A stretch of 24,921 nucleotides of DNA from a virus (IMGVR_UViG_3300025277_000146:1-24921), one strand, 5' to 3'. Positions 1 to 7,941 are shown, numbered from the stretch's first letter. Program-made: numbers and translations. Notes: generated from the sequence alone by a model not told the origin.

Positions 1-117
1 GACAAGGAACGTAGGTGGAAATCATTTGGTCTCACCACTGAAGAGCTGTCCTATAAAGAGATATTGCGTAAGGTTGCGGAACGTAGAGAGAAACGCGTAG
101 GTAAGAAATATGCCTAA
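1..117 (+). CDS. 3' end of a truncated upstream gene (DKERRWKSFG...KKYA*)
   Basis: Frame 1 is open from the window start to TAA at 115-117 and overlaps the next ATG at 110 (ATGCCTAA), typical of coupled phage genes. Confidence 0.6.
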   Translation, partial: DKERRWKSFGLTTEELSYKEILRKVAERREKRVGKKYA

Positions 118-979
118 CGGAGCAGTGACATCGCCTAACGGAGAAGTTACACCACAGAGTGATAGTTTTTTAGGTATGCTCTTAGAGCTACTTAAAGGAC
201 GCTGGACTGAGCGTGAGGAACAAACTGGACAACCTATGGGCATACAAAATGTTGCAGCGTTATCTGCGTTAGAGCTTCTTAAGCCACCACAAAAGATGGT
301 CCCGACTAAAAATCCCAAGCTACTGAAAATGGGACTAAAGGAAGAAATGAATCCCGAGTACCTGCAAATGGTTGCGATGGGTCCAATATCTTCTGCGTCT
401 AAGGTAGATAAGCTTGCAAAAGGAGCTTTAAAAGCTGCAAAGAAATCTGGTGAAAAGATGATTACTTTGTACAGAGGGAACCAGAAATGGGCACCAAAAG
501 AAATGGTTAAAAATAAAAGTTTTGTAGGTCCAGAGACTGTTGGTGGTCACACTATAAGCGTAGCACATAAAACAGCTCCGTCTAAGGCATTGTTTGTTTC
601 AACCGACCCCGTTTATGCGGCAGGAAGGACAGGTGGTGGATTTTTCTCTATTAATCAGCAAAATATATTAAAGTCTATGAAAAAACATAAAGCGTATCCA
701 GAAGATTGGGGCGGATGGGTTAGAAAAGGTGAGCCAAAATGGAATAAAAAAGATTTTCTTAAAGCTATTAAAGAGCAGATGGATAATATAGCAGATATAA
801 AAAGTCAGGCAAAGACTGATAATATGCCGGGTCAACATGTCTTAGAATTTCGAGTGCCTCAGAGCTGGCTCGAAAAGTATGGAAAGAAGCCAAGAGAAAT
901 AGGTGGAGCATATGAAGGGTCTTTTCTATTTGATGAAGGTCTTCCAGTGGCTTTTTTGAAAAAGGTACATAGGGACTGA
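110..979 (+). CDS. Putative ADP-ribosyltransferase-fold effector protein (289 aa)
   Basis: C-terminal two thirds has ITLYRG, LFVSTDPVYA, VLEFRVP and YEGSFLF, in the order of ART core strands (R, S-T, acidic); N-terminus shares a motif with the next gene. Confidence 0.55.
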   Translation: MPNGAVTSPNGEVTPQSDSFLGMLLELLKGRWTEREEQTGQPMGIQNVAALSALELLKPPQKMVPTKNPKLLKMGLKEEMNPEYLQMVAMGPISSASKVDKLAKGALKAAKKSGEKMITLYRGNQKWAPKEMVKNKSFVGPETVGGHTISVAHKTAPSKALFVSTDPVYAAGRTGGGFFSINQQNILKSMKKHKAYPEDWGGWVRKGEPKWNKKDFLKAIKEQMDNIADIKSQAKTDNMPGQHVLEFRVPQSWLEKYGKKPREIGGAYEGSFLFDEGLPVAFLKKVHRD

Positions 980-980
980 T

Positions 981-1864
981 ATGCCTGAGAACCAACCACA
1001 ACCATATAAAGAACCAGAGTTCATAGGAGCAGGTTGGGGTTCCGACCTTATGCGTAAGTGGAAATCCCTTGGTCAGAATATTGGCGTACAGAATATAGCA
1101 CTTGCACGACTGCTAAATAAATTGTCTGAAGATATGGGATTCAGCCCACCGCCCTCGGACAAGATAAAGACTAGAGGTGGACCGGGAGCCATGGTGGAAG
1201 CTATATCCGGGCCTGTTGCCAATCCTCTCCTGATTTTGCACAAAAAGTAAAGAGTCCACTAATTCATAATACAAGCTTGGAAGCGTTATTTAAAATTGTG
1301 AAATCGGGCGGATTAAAAGGTATGACCTCGGACGTGAAACCTGCCCCCGGAAAACTTAAGGGATTAGGCTCAGTATCGTTAACCAGAAGCATGGAAGCTT
1401 CTATCCCAGCTATGGAACCCAAAAATGTAAAACTGATATATGATAAGGAAGATATAAGAAAGATAGGGCAGTTAAAACCTTATTCTTGGCAACCCGGGTC
1501 AAGCAGAGGTGGCTCAGCTAAGACAGAAGACTTAGATGAGATGGAAGAAGTTTTCAAGCAAGCTGGTAAAAAAATTCCTATTATTCCCAATGATATATTA
1601 AGAGGTATAGTAATAAGAGGAGGCTTAGAGTTTCCATCTGATAGGGCATTTGGTCACTTGTCTCGATTGAATGTTCCAACTGTATTAACTCCTCGGGCTA
1701 CACAAATGATGATGCAAAAGGACTATGGTGGTAGCAGATTCCCGCCATATTACCTTAGTAGGTCCAGAACTAAAAATATAGTTCCCACCTATGAAGCAGG
1801 TCAGCCGAAGTCTAGTGAGTTCTTAATGAGCTTAATTGAATGGCTTGGTCGCCAAAGTGGGTAA
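981..1864 (+). CDS. Putative ART-fold protein split by a -1 frameshift near 1229-1250 (ORFs 981-1250 and 1277-1864)
   Basis: The frame of 1277-1864 is open upstream of its TTG and reads PDFAQKVKSPLIHNTSLEALFKIVKSGGLKG...VSLTRS...DEMEE. The H-x-T motif lies upstream of the TTG, so the domain is complete only if fused to 981-1250. Confidence 0.55.
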
Positions 1865-1867
1865 AAA

Positions 1868-2755
1868 ATGCCTACAAAACTGCAAAATTTTCTATCAGCA
1901 CTAAAGATATACTTTGAAAGACAGGTAGACGAGCCATCTTGGGGTGGGCTATCAGAAGGTCTCATAGATATGAGTCTAGGTAGGGAAGGTCAAAAGCAAC
2001 CTACGACAGCAGAAGAATCATTTACTAATTTTGTAACGGCTATAGCGCAGAATAAACACCCTTTGGTATCTGGCGGTGGTCCGGGGCAAGTAGAGACAAT
2101 AAAAGAAATATGGGAAGCTTCTGGTAAGCCATTTATCAAGTTCGACCCTAAGTTAAAACGTGGAGACCCTGCTTACTTAAAAGCAGAAGGTATGCCAGAA
2201 AGATTTTTAGCTGGCTCCAATATTTTAAGCGAAACTGGGAAAGTACCGTCATGGGTGTCCGAGCAACGATTTCCAGTTGATACGGTTGGTGTTCACAGCC
2301 CCGAAGCATATTACACTATGGACCCTATAGTGGAAGAAACTTTTGCTGAATTTACACATGCAAAACAGTTAGGTCCAGATTTATATGAACATCAATATCC
2401 AGTAGGTACTAAGATAACTGAAAAACCATCCGATTATCTAGAATGGGCACAGCCTAAGACAAAAGAATCATTACAGAGATTTGCTGAAAGAAGAAGCCAG
2501 ACAAGTCTTCAAGGACTGGTAGAAGAATTAGAATATGGCGAATCTAGGTATCACATGCCCGGAACTATGGAATCCACAGCTCACGGACCAATGGAGACAG
2601 AATTAAAGTCTCTGTATAAAGAAAAATATGCCCCAAGAAAACAATTGGATACTTCGTACAGGGGGGTAACCAATGTTATGGGACTGTTACAAATGATGCT
2701 CACATGGCATCTTATGGGGAAAGTACCGTCAACTACAATAAAAAGAAAGGACTGA
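1868..2755 (+). CDS. Hypothetical protein with a degenerate zincin metallopeptidase-like motif (295 aa)
   Basis: FAEFTHAKQ (AExxH in place of HExxH) followed by YHMPGTMESTAH; last gene of the rightward block. Confidence 0.45.
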   Translation: MPTKLQNFLSALKIYFERQVDEPSWGGLSEGLIDMSLGREGQKQPTTAEESFTNFVTAIAQNKHPLVSGGGPGQVETIKEIWEASGKPFIKFDPKLKRGDPAYLKAEGMPERFLAGSNILSETGKVPSWVSEQRFPVDTVGVHSPEAYYTMDPIVEETFAEFTHAKQLGPDLYEHQYPVGTKITEKPSDYLEWAQPKTKESLQRFAERRSQTSLQGLVEELEYGESRYHMPGTMESTAHGPMETELKSLYKEKYAPRKQLDTSYRGVTNVMGLLQMMLTWHLMGKVPSTTIKRKD

Positions 2756-2815
2756 CGACACGCTGTACGGGAAAGGAGTGTAAGCCCGTGTGCTCGACCA
2801 AACGCATCGCCAGTC
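2740..2815 (-). ncRNA. 66-nt stem-loop with an anti-SD loop and U-rich tail; candidate sRNA and/or terminator of the leftward operon
   Basis: Minus-strand GACUGGCGAUGCG/CGUGUCGUCAGUC 13-bp stem (3 G-U, 2750-2815), inner ACGGG/CCCGU hairpin with loop CUUACACUCCUUU, then CUUUCUUUUU; sits where the two operons converge. Confidence 0.5.
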
Positions 2816-2821
2816 AATAAA

Positions 2822-2893
2822 TCACAGTAACGTATCTTCTGGTGCGAACACTATCACCGCAATAGCGATAAGCACCAACCAGAGTAACCACAT
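2822..2893 (-). CDS. 23-aa hydrophobic membrane peptide MWLLWLVLIAIAVIVFAPEDTLL
   Basis: ATG at 2893 preceded by GCGGGAGA; one TM-length hydrophobic run; not in the ORF track. Confidence 0.55.
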   Translation of the reverse strand: MWLLWLVLIAIAVIVFAPEDTLL

Positions 2894-2917
2894 ATAACTT
2901 CTCCCGCTTAATTTCTT

Positions 2918-3065
2918 ATGGATAGCTAGCCCCTCACTCCGCAAACAGAGTGGTAACCGTGTAGGTTTATAGTCTAATACTTGATAGGACTCTAGATTCA
3001 TTACGGCAACAACCTATCAGAGGTACCCAGCATTTTTGCCTTTCGGCTCATCGGTGACTATCCAT
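2918..3065 (-). ncRNA. Candidate structured RNA (~148 nt, multi-branch)
   Basis: Closing stem AUGGAUAGU/GCUAUCCAU; inner GCC-GAAA-GGC, UGAUAGG/CCUAUCA and CACUC/GAGUG helices. Confidence 0.45.
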
Positions 3066-3068
3066 TTT

Positions 3069-3169
3069 TAAGGTGAGTCTTCTGCAATACGACTCGCAGG
3101 CCCCAAGCTGTAAACCGCCTATCGATAGTAAGGCTTTTGTTTACCGAATGAGACGAAGCACTCACCTTA
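3069..3169 (-). ncRNA. Candidate structured RNA (~101 nt, three-way junction)
   Basis: UAAGGUGAGU/ACUCACCUUA perfect 10-bp stem starting at the upstream stop codon; inner GUCUCA/UGGGGC, GUAAAC/GUUUAC, GCCU/AGGC and CUGCGA/UUGCAG helices; wobbles favour the minus strand. Confidence 0.5.
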
Positions 3170-3496
3170 TTTCATTATCAATCTTAATGGTCGTATATTC
3201 TTTTGTTTCTTCTGCCAATGTGACAGCTGTGATTTAGTCAAATTTTGTGGACAATCAGGCAGACTGTCCACTCGCAAGTCCCACGAGGGAGGGGCAAGGC
3301 CACAGAAGAAGCTTTCAGTGCTTCCGTATTCACCTTTAACAGGATTCCAACGCGATTTACCGCAAAACATACAAGATTTGCCTATCTTTGGGCATTCTAA
3401 GGCTTCTTTTGTGTAATCCCTTGGTATGTATCGAACCATGCAAGAAACATCCTTAGCATCGCTTCTAGACCCCTTATGATACGTTTCTACACTCAC
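3167..3496 (-). CDS. Cys-rich hypothetical protein
   Basis: ECPK..CMFCG..FFCG..DCP; GTGA overlap with the upstream gene. Confidence 0.65.
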   Translation of the reverse strand: MSVETYHKGSRSDAKDVSCMVRYIPRDYTKEALECPKIGKSCMFCGKSRWNPVKGEYGSTESFFCGLAPPSWDLRVDSLPDCPQNLTKSQLSHWQKKQKNIRPLRLIMK

Positions 3497-3906
3497 ATCA
3501 AACCCAACCGCATAAGCCCTGAGAGTGACTCCAGAGGTACTAAGAATCCCTTAGAAGCATTATCGTCTCCGCCTGACACTATCTTAATACCCGACGAGTC
3601 TTCTTCGTACATTCTGCGTAGGTTGTATTTCAGTACCGATGTTCTTAGTACGAGAACTCCGCAATTCATTCCTTCTTTGTAAAATATGTGTGCCCAGTAA
3701 GTAGCTGTCGTGGTTGAGATACCGCTAGGCTTTCCACGATACTCGAACTCGATGAAGATGTTTCCTGTGTCATACCACTTATCACGTTCGGTCTTTACCT
3801 CAACTTGGGCTTCGTCCGCCAACCATAGGAGCCATTTCTGTCCCTTTTCTCCGAACTGAAGGTCTTCATCGAAATGGTTGCTGTATGCCTTTTCTTCGTT
3901 CTTCAC
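3493..3906 (-). CDS. Phage PD-(D/E)xK-like nuclease-fold protein
   Basis: FDEDLQFGEKG..VEVKTERD..TGNIFIEF..GKPSGI pattern with an ExK motif. Confidence 0.6.
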   Translation of the reverse strand: MKNEEKAYSNHFDEDLQFGEKGQKWLLWLADEAQVEVKTERDKWYDTGNIFIEFEYRGKPSGISTTTATYWAHIFYKEGMNCGVLVLRTSVLKYNLRRMYEEDSSGIKIVSGGDDNASKGFLVPLESLSGLMRLGLM

Positions 3907-4012
3907 GTTTCTTCTTCCTTTCTATCTGTGCAGGTGTTCTACCATACCTACTAAGATGCCTGTCTTTTTCACGTCTTTCATCTTTACGTCTCTTAGCTGC
4001 TCTGTTCGGCAT
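3866..4012 (-). CDS. 48-aa very basic protein MPNRAAKRRKDERREKDRHLSRYGRTPAQIERKKKREERRKGIQQPFR
   Basis: Bridges the gap between neighbours, overlapping both; Arg/Lys-rich; not in the ORF track. Confidence 0.6.
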   Translation of the reverse strand: MPNRAAKRRKDERREKDRHLSRYGRTPAQIERKKKREERRKGIQQPFR

Positions 4013-4292
4013 GGCCTTGTCCAATTTCTACGTCGTTTAATCCCATAACTGGCATTACATTCCATTCGTCTTGGTGGTCTTGATGTATCCACAGAGCACC
4101 TCCATTATTTCCCTCGTCATCAGATTGGGGTATCAGAAATGTTCCATTGTCCAGCTCTAAGACTATTGGTCTGCTATCCCAATCCATAGCTTCTGCCTCT
4201 TTTGTGGATATCCACCTTAACGCCACTATCTGTCTTCCGAGTAATCGTTCCTCGGCTTTCTTGTGCCAGTCTATTGTGAGTTGATAGGTCAT
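3993..4292 (-). CDS. Hypothetical phage protein (SDDEGNNGGAL motif)
   Basis: AAGGAG SD, tight operon packing. Confidence 0.7.
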   Translation of the reverse strand: MTYQLTIDWHKKAEERLLGRQIVALRWISTKEAEAMDWDSRPIVLELDNGTFLIPQSDDEGNNGGALWIHQDHQDEWNVMPVMGLNDVEIGQGHAEQSS

Positions 4293-4293
4293 C

Positions 4294-4530
4294 TTATTTC
4301 TCCTTACACTGTGGGCAGGTTTTTCGCTTTAAGCCATACGTAGGAAAGTCTTCGTAATAGTCATCTGGTACTCCGTGAACATATCGTGGTTGCCAGACAA
4401 ATTTACATTCATCGCAGGCAAACATGGGAGATACTTGTGGCTTATTAAAACTATTAATATCTTTTGATATGTCTGCACTCTTCTCAATGGCGTCTTGCCA
4501 ATTGTTAGTTGACCTACTTCTTTGTTCCAC
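4294..4530 (-). CDS. Zn-ribbon protein, CxxCxxVWQ...FPTYG...CxxC
   Basis: Two CxxC pairs; GTG at 4530 preferred over 4569 because it overlaps the upstream ORF less; paralog at 10815-11072. Confidence 0.65.
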   Translation of the reverse strand: MEQRSRSTNNWQDAIEKSADISKDINSFNKPQVSPMFACDECKFVWQPRYVHGVPDDYYEDFPTYGLKRKTCPQCKEK

Positions 4531-4687
4531 GTGTCTTTTTGGCTTGAGGTTGTTTTGGTTGCATGGCATCGGCTAGGTCCAGAGCGTCCCCTAGCACATT
4601 GACTACTTTTTCTATTGTCTTGGTTTGTTCTCCTATATCTCTTTCAAGCTGTTCGATTCTGTTTTCTAATGTGATTATTCTTGCCAT
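4514..4687 (-). CDS. 57-aa coiled-coil-like protein MARIITLENRIEQLERDI...
   Basis: AGGAG SD 7 nt before ATG 4687; not in the ORF track. Confidence 0.65.
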   Translation of the reverse strand: MARIITLENRIEQLERDIGEQTKTIEKVVNVLGDALDLADAMQPKQPQAKKTRGTKK

Positions 4688-4742
4688 TGTTATCTCCTAG
4701 TTAATTGATAAAGCGGAAGCAAGGTAGCGTCCACCTGAGAAA

Positions 4743-4973
4743 TCATACACGATTACTATGTTCAAGCATTTCTGCTTCTACCTTATCAAATCTTGATAAT
4801 AGGCCTTCCATTGCAAAGATGAGGTTCTGAGCCATATGACGGCTCTTTCCCTCCTCAGACTCTTCTGTAACATCAAATGACAGAGAGTCCTTGTGGCTAA
4901 CGAGAGCATCAAGCATCATCTCAATCTCTGCTCTCAACGTAGGGACCAGTACAGGGACTTTGACTGTGTACAT
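4743..4973 (-). CDS. Hypothetical protein
   Basis: Starts 1 nt after the upstream stop; AAGGA SD. Confidence 0.6.
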   Translation of the reverse strand: MYTVKVPVLVPTLRAEIEMMLDALVSHKDSLSFDVTEESEEGKSRHMAQNLIFAMEGLLSRFDKVEAEMLEHSNRV

Positions 4974-4974
4974 A

Positions 4975-5334
4975 TTATGTATCCTTTTTTATTCTTCTCG
5001 TCGAAACAATATTACAATTGCAAGATTTCAGTCTCCGGAGAAGAGAGATATAATGCTCTGCATCAATGACTATGAATGACTTGTGAAAGTCTTCTCTGAT
5101 AAAAACTCCCACTTCTTGCTTCTCAGGTTTGAGCCATTGGGCCATCTTCTTTCGTCTTTTGCAGCCATAGTATTGTTTTTCAATCTCCACGTCTCCCATC
5201 TCGTGCTGTGCACCACCCCTGTCTCGGTTGTGTGCTTCCAGTTCGTAAAACCTTGCCATGCGAGTAATTTCTCTCTGGAGTTCGGCACCGCGTTGCCTGT
5301 TACGCTTACCTCGTCTGGAATGTTCTTTGGTCAT
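4975..5334 (-). CDS. Holliday-junction-resolvase-like (Hjc-type PD-(D/E)xK) protein
   Basis: RGAELQREI..GDVEI..YYGCKRR pattern; ATGA overlap with the helicase; acidic motif positions are partly non-canonical. Confidence 0.5.
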   Translation of the reverse strand: MTKEHSRRGKRNRQRGAELQREITRMARFYELEAHNRDRGGAQHEMGDVEIEKQYYGCKRRKKMAQWLKPEKQEVGVFIREDFHKSFIVIDAEHYISLLRRLKSCNCNIVSTRRIKKDT

Positions 5335-6671
5335 TGTAGTTCTCCTGCATTTTCTGCGTAGGCCAATGCGAGTTCTTTAGTCTCCGTGAGAAGACAACCG
5401 TCTCCGTAAAAGCCCATAGGTGCATAGCCTGTCTCTCCGTATCGGTTCTTATCTACCAGTAGTTCTATCTCGTATTTTCCAAGACTACCGCTAGGATGAT
5501 GGTCGCGATACAGATACTTCCACTTATAGAACACAAAGATAACCGTCTCGGCATCGGTCTCAATAGAGCCAGATTCACTAAGATTAGAGAGGTGTGGACG
5601 CTTGTCTCTCTTCCTCTCAAGTTCACGGTTTAATTGTGACAGGAGCAGAACAGAGCATTGTAATGATTTTGCTAACCATTTATAATGTTGCATAATCTCT
5701 ACAATCTGCAGTCTCTTATCGTCAATGCTTGGTACATTCACCATCTGTATATAATCATCTACGATAACATCTGGTTTAAACTTATTGATATATCTTACGC
5801 CGGATGACAGGTCTCTTATGTCGTCGAACATTTGCAGGTTCTTATACTTCTTTGTAATACCTTTTCTGACCTTTTTAATCGCATCCTCCTCTTCGTCTGT
5901 CATTTTCATTAGTCTCAACCTGCGATACGATACATCCTCAGCTTCAAGTATGAATATTTTCTTCATCATCTCTACGTTGGTCATTTCACGGTTAAAGACC
6001 ATAACCTTCATACCGTTCTCTATTAGCTTCCGAACGAAGTTTATCATTACTGTACTCTTGCCCATGGATGGGCGACCTGCTATGACTGTAATCTCTCCGC
6101 GTGTCATACCACCAGTAATGTTATCTATCTGACCGTATCCAAACTTGATAAGATTACTCTCGTCATGTATCTTATCCATAGTCTCATCAAGCAAAGATTC
6201 CATGTCAAACTTCTTAGTAGGGCGCAGATTGATAGCCTTGGTGACTGTACTCTGTAAATTTTCAAGGACCTTGTGTGCGTCTGTACCACCATTATATGCT
6301 GCTTTTTGTATTGCATAAGTATCTTCTATGACTCTTCGCAAGAGCCACTTCTCATAGATAAGCTTTGCATGTGACAGAGCATTAGCTGTTGTGGCAATAT
6401 TCTCAGCAAGCCCGGTAATGTAGTATGCTTGAATATACTTCTTCTGTGTTGTGGGAATATGTTCGTTAACAGTCACTATGTCTATACCTATGCCTTCTTT
6501 CTGAAGTGTGCGTATGGTATTCCATATGACACGGTTATGAGTGTTATAAAATACTTCGGGCTTAGGTATGAACTCTGCTACTGCATCAAGCAGATGAGGG
6601 TCAAGCATCAACTGGCCTAAGAGTGTTTCTTCTGCGTCTCTATTGTGTGGTAGTGATTCTATTTCTTTCAT
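5331..6671 (-). CDS. dnaB: Replicative DnaB-family helicase (446 aa)
   Basis: N-terminal LPHNRDAEETLLG; Walker A AGRPSMGKS; VDDYIQM; LLSQLNR; SGSIETDAE; KNRYGETG. Confidence 0.95.
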   Translation of the reverse strand: MKEIESLPHNRDAEETLLGQLMLDPHLLDAVAEFIPKPEVFYNTHNRVIWNTIRTLQKEGIGIDIVTVNEHIPTTQKKYIQAYYITGLAENIATTANALSHAKLIYEKWLLRRVIEDTYAIQKAAYNGGTDAHKVLENLQSTVTKAINLRPTKKFDMESLLDETMDKIHDESNLIKFGYGQIDNITGGMTRGEITVIAGRPSMGKSTVMINFVRKLIENGMKVMVFNREMTNVEMMKKIFILEAEDVSYRRLRLMKMTDEEEDAIKKVRKGITKKYKNLQMFDDIRDLSSGVRYINKFKPDVIVDDYIQMVNVPSIDDKRLQIVEIMQHYKWLAKSLQCSVLLLSQLNRELERKRDKRPHLSNLSESGSIETDAETVIFVFYKWKYLYRDHHPSGSLGKYEIELLVDKNRYGETGYAPMGFYGDGCLLTETKELALAYAENAGELQ

Positions 6672-7009
6672 CTGGTTATCCTCTTTTGAAACCTACCACT
6701 GTTCGACCCTTCTATCGCATGGCAACATGCACATAGTAATATGCATTTTTGCAATTCTCTGACCAAGCGTTTCCACTTCAACAGCAGTCCGTTTGCATTG
6801 AGTTCAAACTTCTTGTCTCTCAGGTGATGGAACTGAAGACCGGCTAAGTGTTTGTCCCAACCACAGCGTTGGCACTGCCCGCCAAGGTAGTCAACACATT
6901 CTCTTTTCCTTGACCACCGCCTCTTGGAGACCTGACAAGAAGGACATTGTGTTGAGTTTGGTCTTCGCTCATCTGTGAACGTCTTGTCACAATATTTACA
7001 CTTACTCAT
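6668..7009 (-). CDS. HNH endonuclease with Zn ribbons (113 aa)
   Basis: CKYC, CPSC, GGQCQRCG, LQFHH, CILLCACCH; start moved to ATG 7009, which overlaps the upstream stop. Confidence 0.75.
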   Translation of the reverse strand: MSKCKYCDKTFTDERRPNSTQCPSCQVSKRRWSRKRECVDYLGGQCQRCGWDKHLAGLQFHHLRDKKFELNANGLLLKWKRLVRELQKCILLCACCHAIEGSNSGRFQKRITR

Positions 7010-7229
7010 TGTTCGTTGGGTCGTTGTTAAGTCTAGTCTCTTGCCAGTCCCGATACTCACTCTCCCAATGATATGGCTTCTCAAAGATATCGACAGATTT
7101 CCTTACCACCTCATTAACATCATCATCAGAACTAAGGTGTGACCTGAGATAGTCCCGTGTAAATAGGAACCAGTCGTCTTCGTTCCAGAAGTAAGTTGAT
7201 ATATAGTCTCCAACTTCATGCTCTTTCAT
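7002..7229 (-). CDS. Acidic hypothetical protein
   Basis: TAAGGAG SD; packed in the operon. Confidence 0.65.
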   Translation of the reverse strand: MKEHEVGDYISTYFWNEDDWFLFTRDYLRSHLSSDDDVNEVVRKSVDIFEKPYHWESEYRDWQETRLNNDPTNNE

Positions 7230-7258
7230 GTGCTATTCTCCTTATCTGTAAAATATTT

Positions 7259-7385
7259 GTAAGGACTTGACTTAGGGGTATATTCGGGGTAATGACAAAA
7301 CCGAATGTGTCCCTATTGGCGTTTGTTCGCTGCCTGTCTTGTTCTATCCCCCGATATAGTAGAGACAGAGCAATCAAGCCCTTAC
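7259..7385. ncRNA. Candidate structured RNA/regulatory element (127 nt)
   Basis: GTAAGGACTTGA/TCAAGCCCTTAC closing stem; inner TAGGGGTATATTCGG/CCGAATGTGTCCCTA 15-bp hairpin and CTGTCT/AGACAG hairpin; strand ambiguous. Confidence 0.45.
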
Positions 7386-7392
7386 TTGGTCT

Positions 7393-7941
7393 TTAGAACG
7401 GTAGGTCGTCGTCCATCTGTTTGGCTTTACCGTCGCCCCATACAGATATCAATATTCCGTCTGCTGCAGTTCTGAGTTTGCCATCGTATTCGTAGTTTCT
7501 GTGTTTGACTTTAATCATTACAGGTACTCCGTAGATGTCGTCCTTAGTAACCAAGGGCAGGGAATATGCAACCTTTCCTGTGTTTTCGTCTTTGACTTCC
7601 TGCGGTGTAACATTTACCATGTCCAGAAAATCTTTGTATGCTCGATTGCCTGATGTGGCAGTTCTGTTTGATTCTCCGGGAGTTCCACCACCGTAACGAA
7701 ATATTCCGTTACTATTTACAGTCCTACCTTGATGCTCTTCAGCCTCATCTGCTATTTGGTAGACAGGCTTGAAAATCATACAGGCATTTCCTGTGCTTCT
7801 TATCTTGGTGTTGATGACCTTTAAGTCAACAATGTGTGCAGGATACGTATTTTCTGATACGATGACAAATTCATCGTCAGATGGTACGTAGTATGCTTCA
7901 CTGGAGCTGTCATCGCCCAAGATGTCGCTTACGTCTGCCAT
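7393..7941 (-). CDS. Putative phage single-stranded DNA-binding protein
   Basis: Acidic C-terminal tail MDDDLPF typical of SSBs; directly downstream of the annealase; AGGAGG SD. Confidence 0.7.
   Translation of the reverse strand: MADVSDILGDDSSSEAYYVPSDDEFVIVSENTYPAHIVDLKVINTKIRSTGNACMIFKPVYQIADEAEEHQGRTVNSNGIFRYGGGTPGESNRTATSGNRAYKDFLDMVNVTPQEVKDENTGKVAYSLPLVTKDDIYGVPVMIKVKHRNYEYDGKLRTAADGILISVWGDGKAKQMDDDLPF

Noticed and set aside
112-153. 21-bp imperfect tandem repeat (PNGAVTS/PNGEVTP)
   Set aside because: Only two in-frame copies in a low-complexity N-terminus; not an array
3034-3054. Hammerhead-like CCGAUGA-GCC-GAAA-GGC-AAAA on the minus strand
   Set aside because: Core deviates from CUGANGA and GAAA at conserved positions, and I could not build stems I and III around a cleavage triplet
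2756-3166. tRNA gene or known riboswitch in the long intergenic region
   Set aside because: No T-loop GTTCRA or cloverleaf; GGCAAC is the only SAM-I-like fragment and the rest of the consensus is missing
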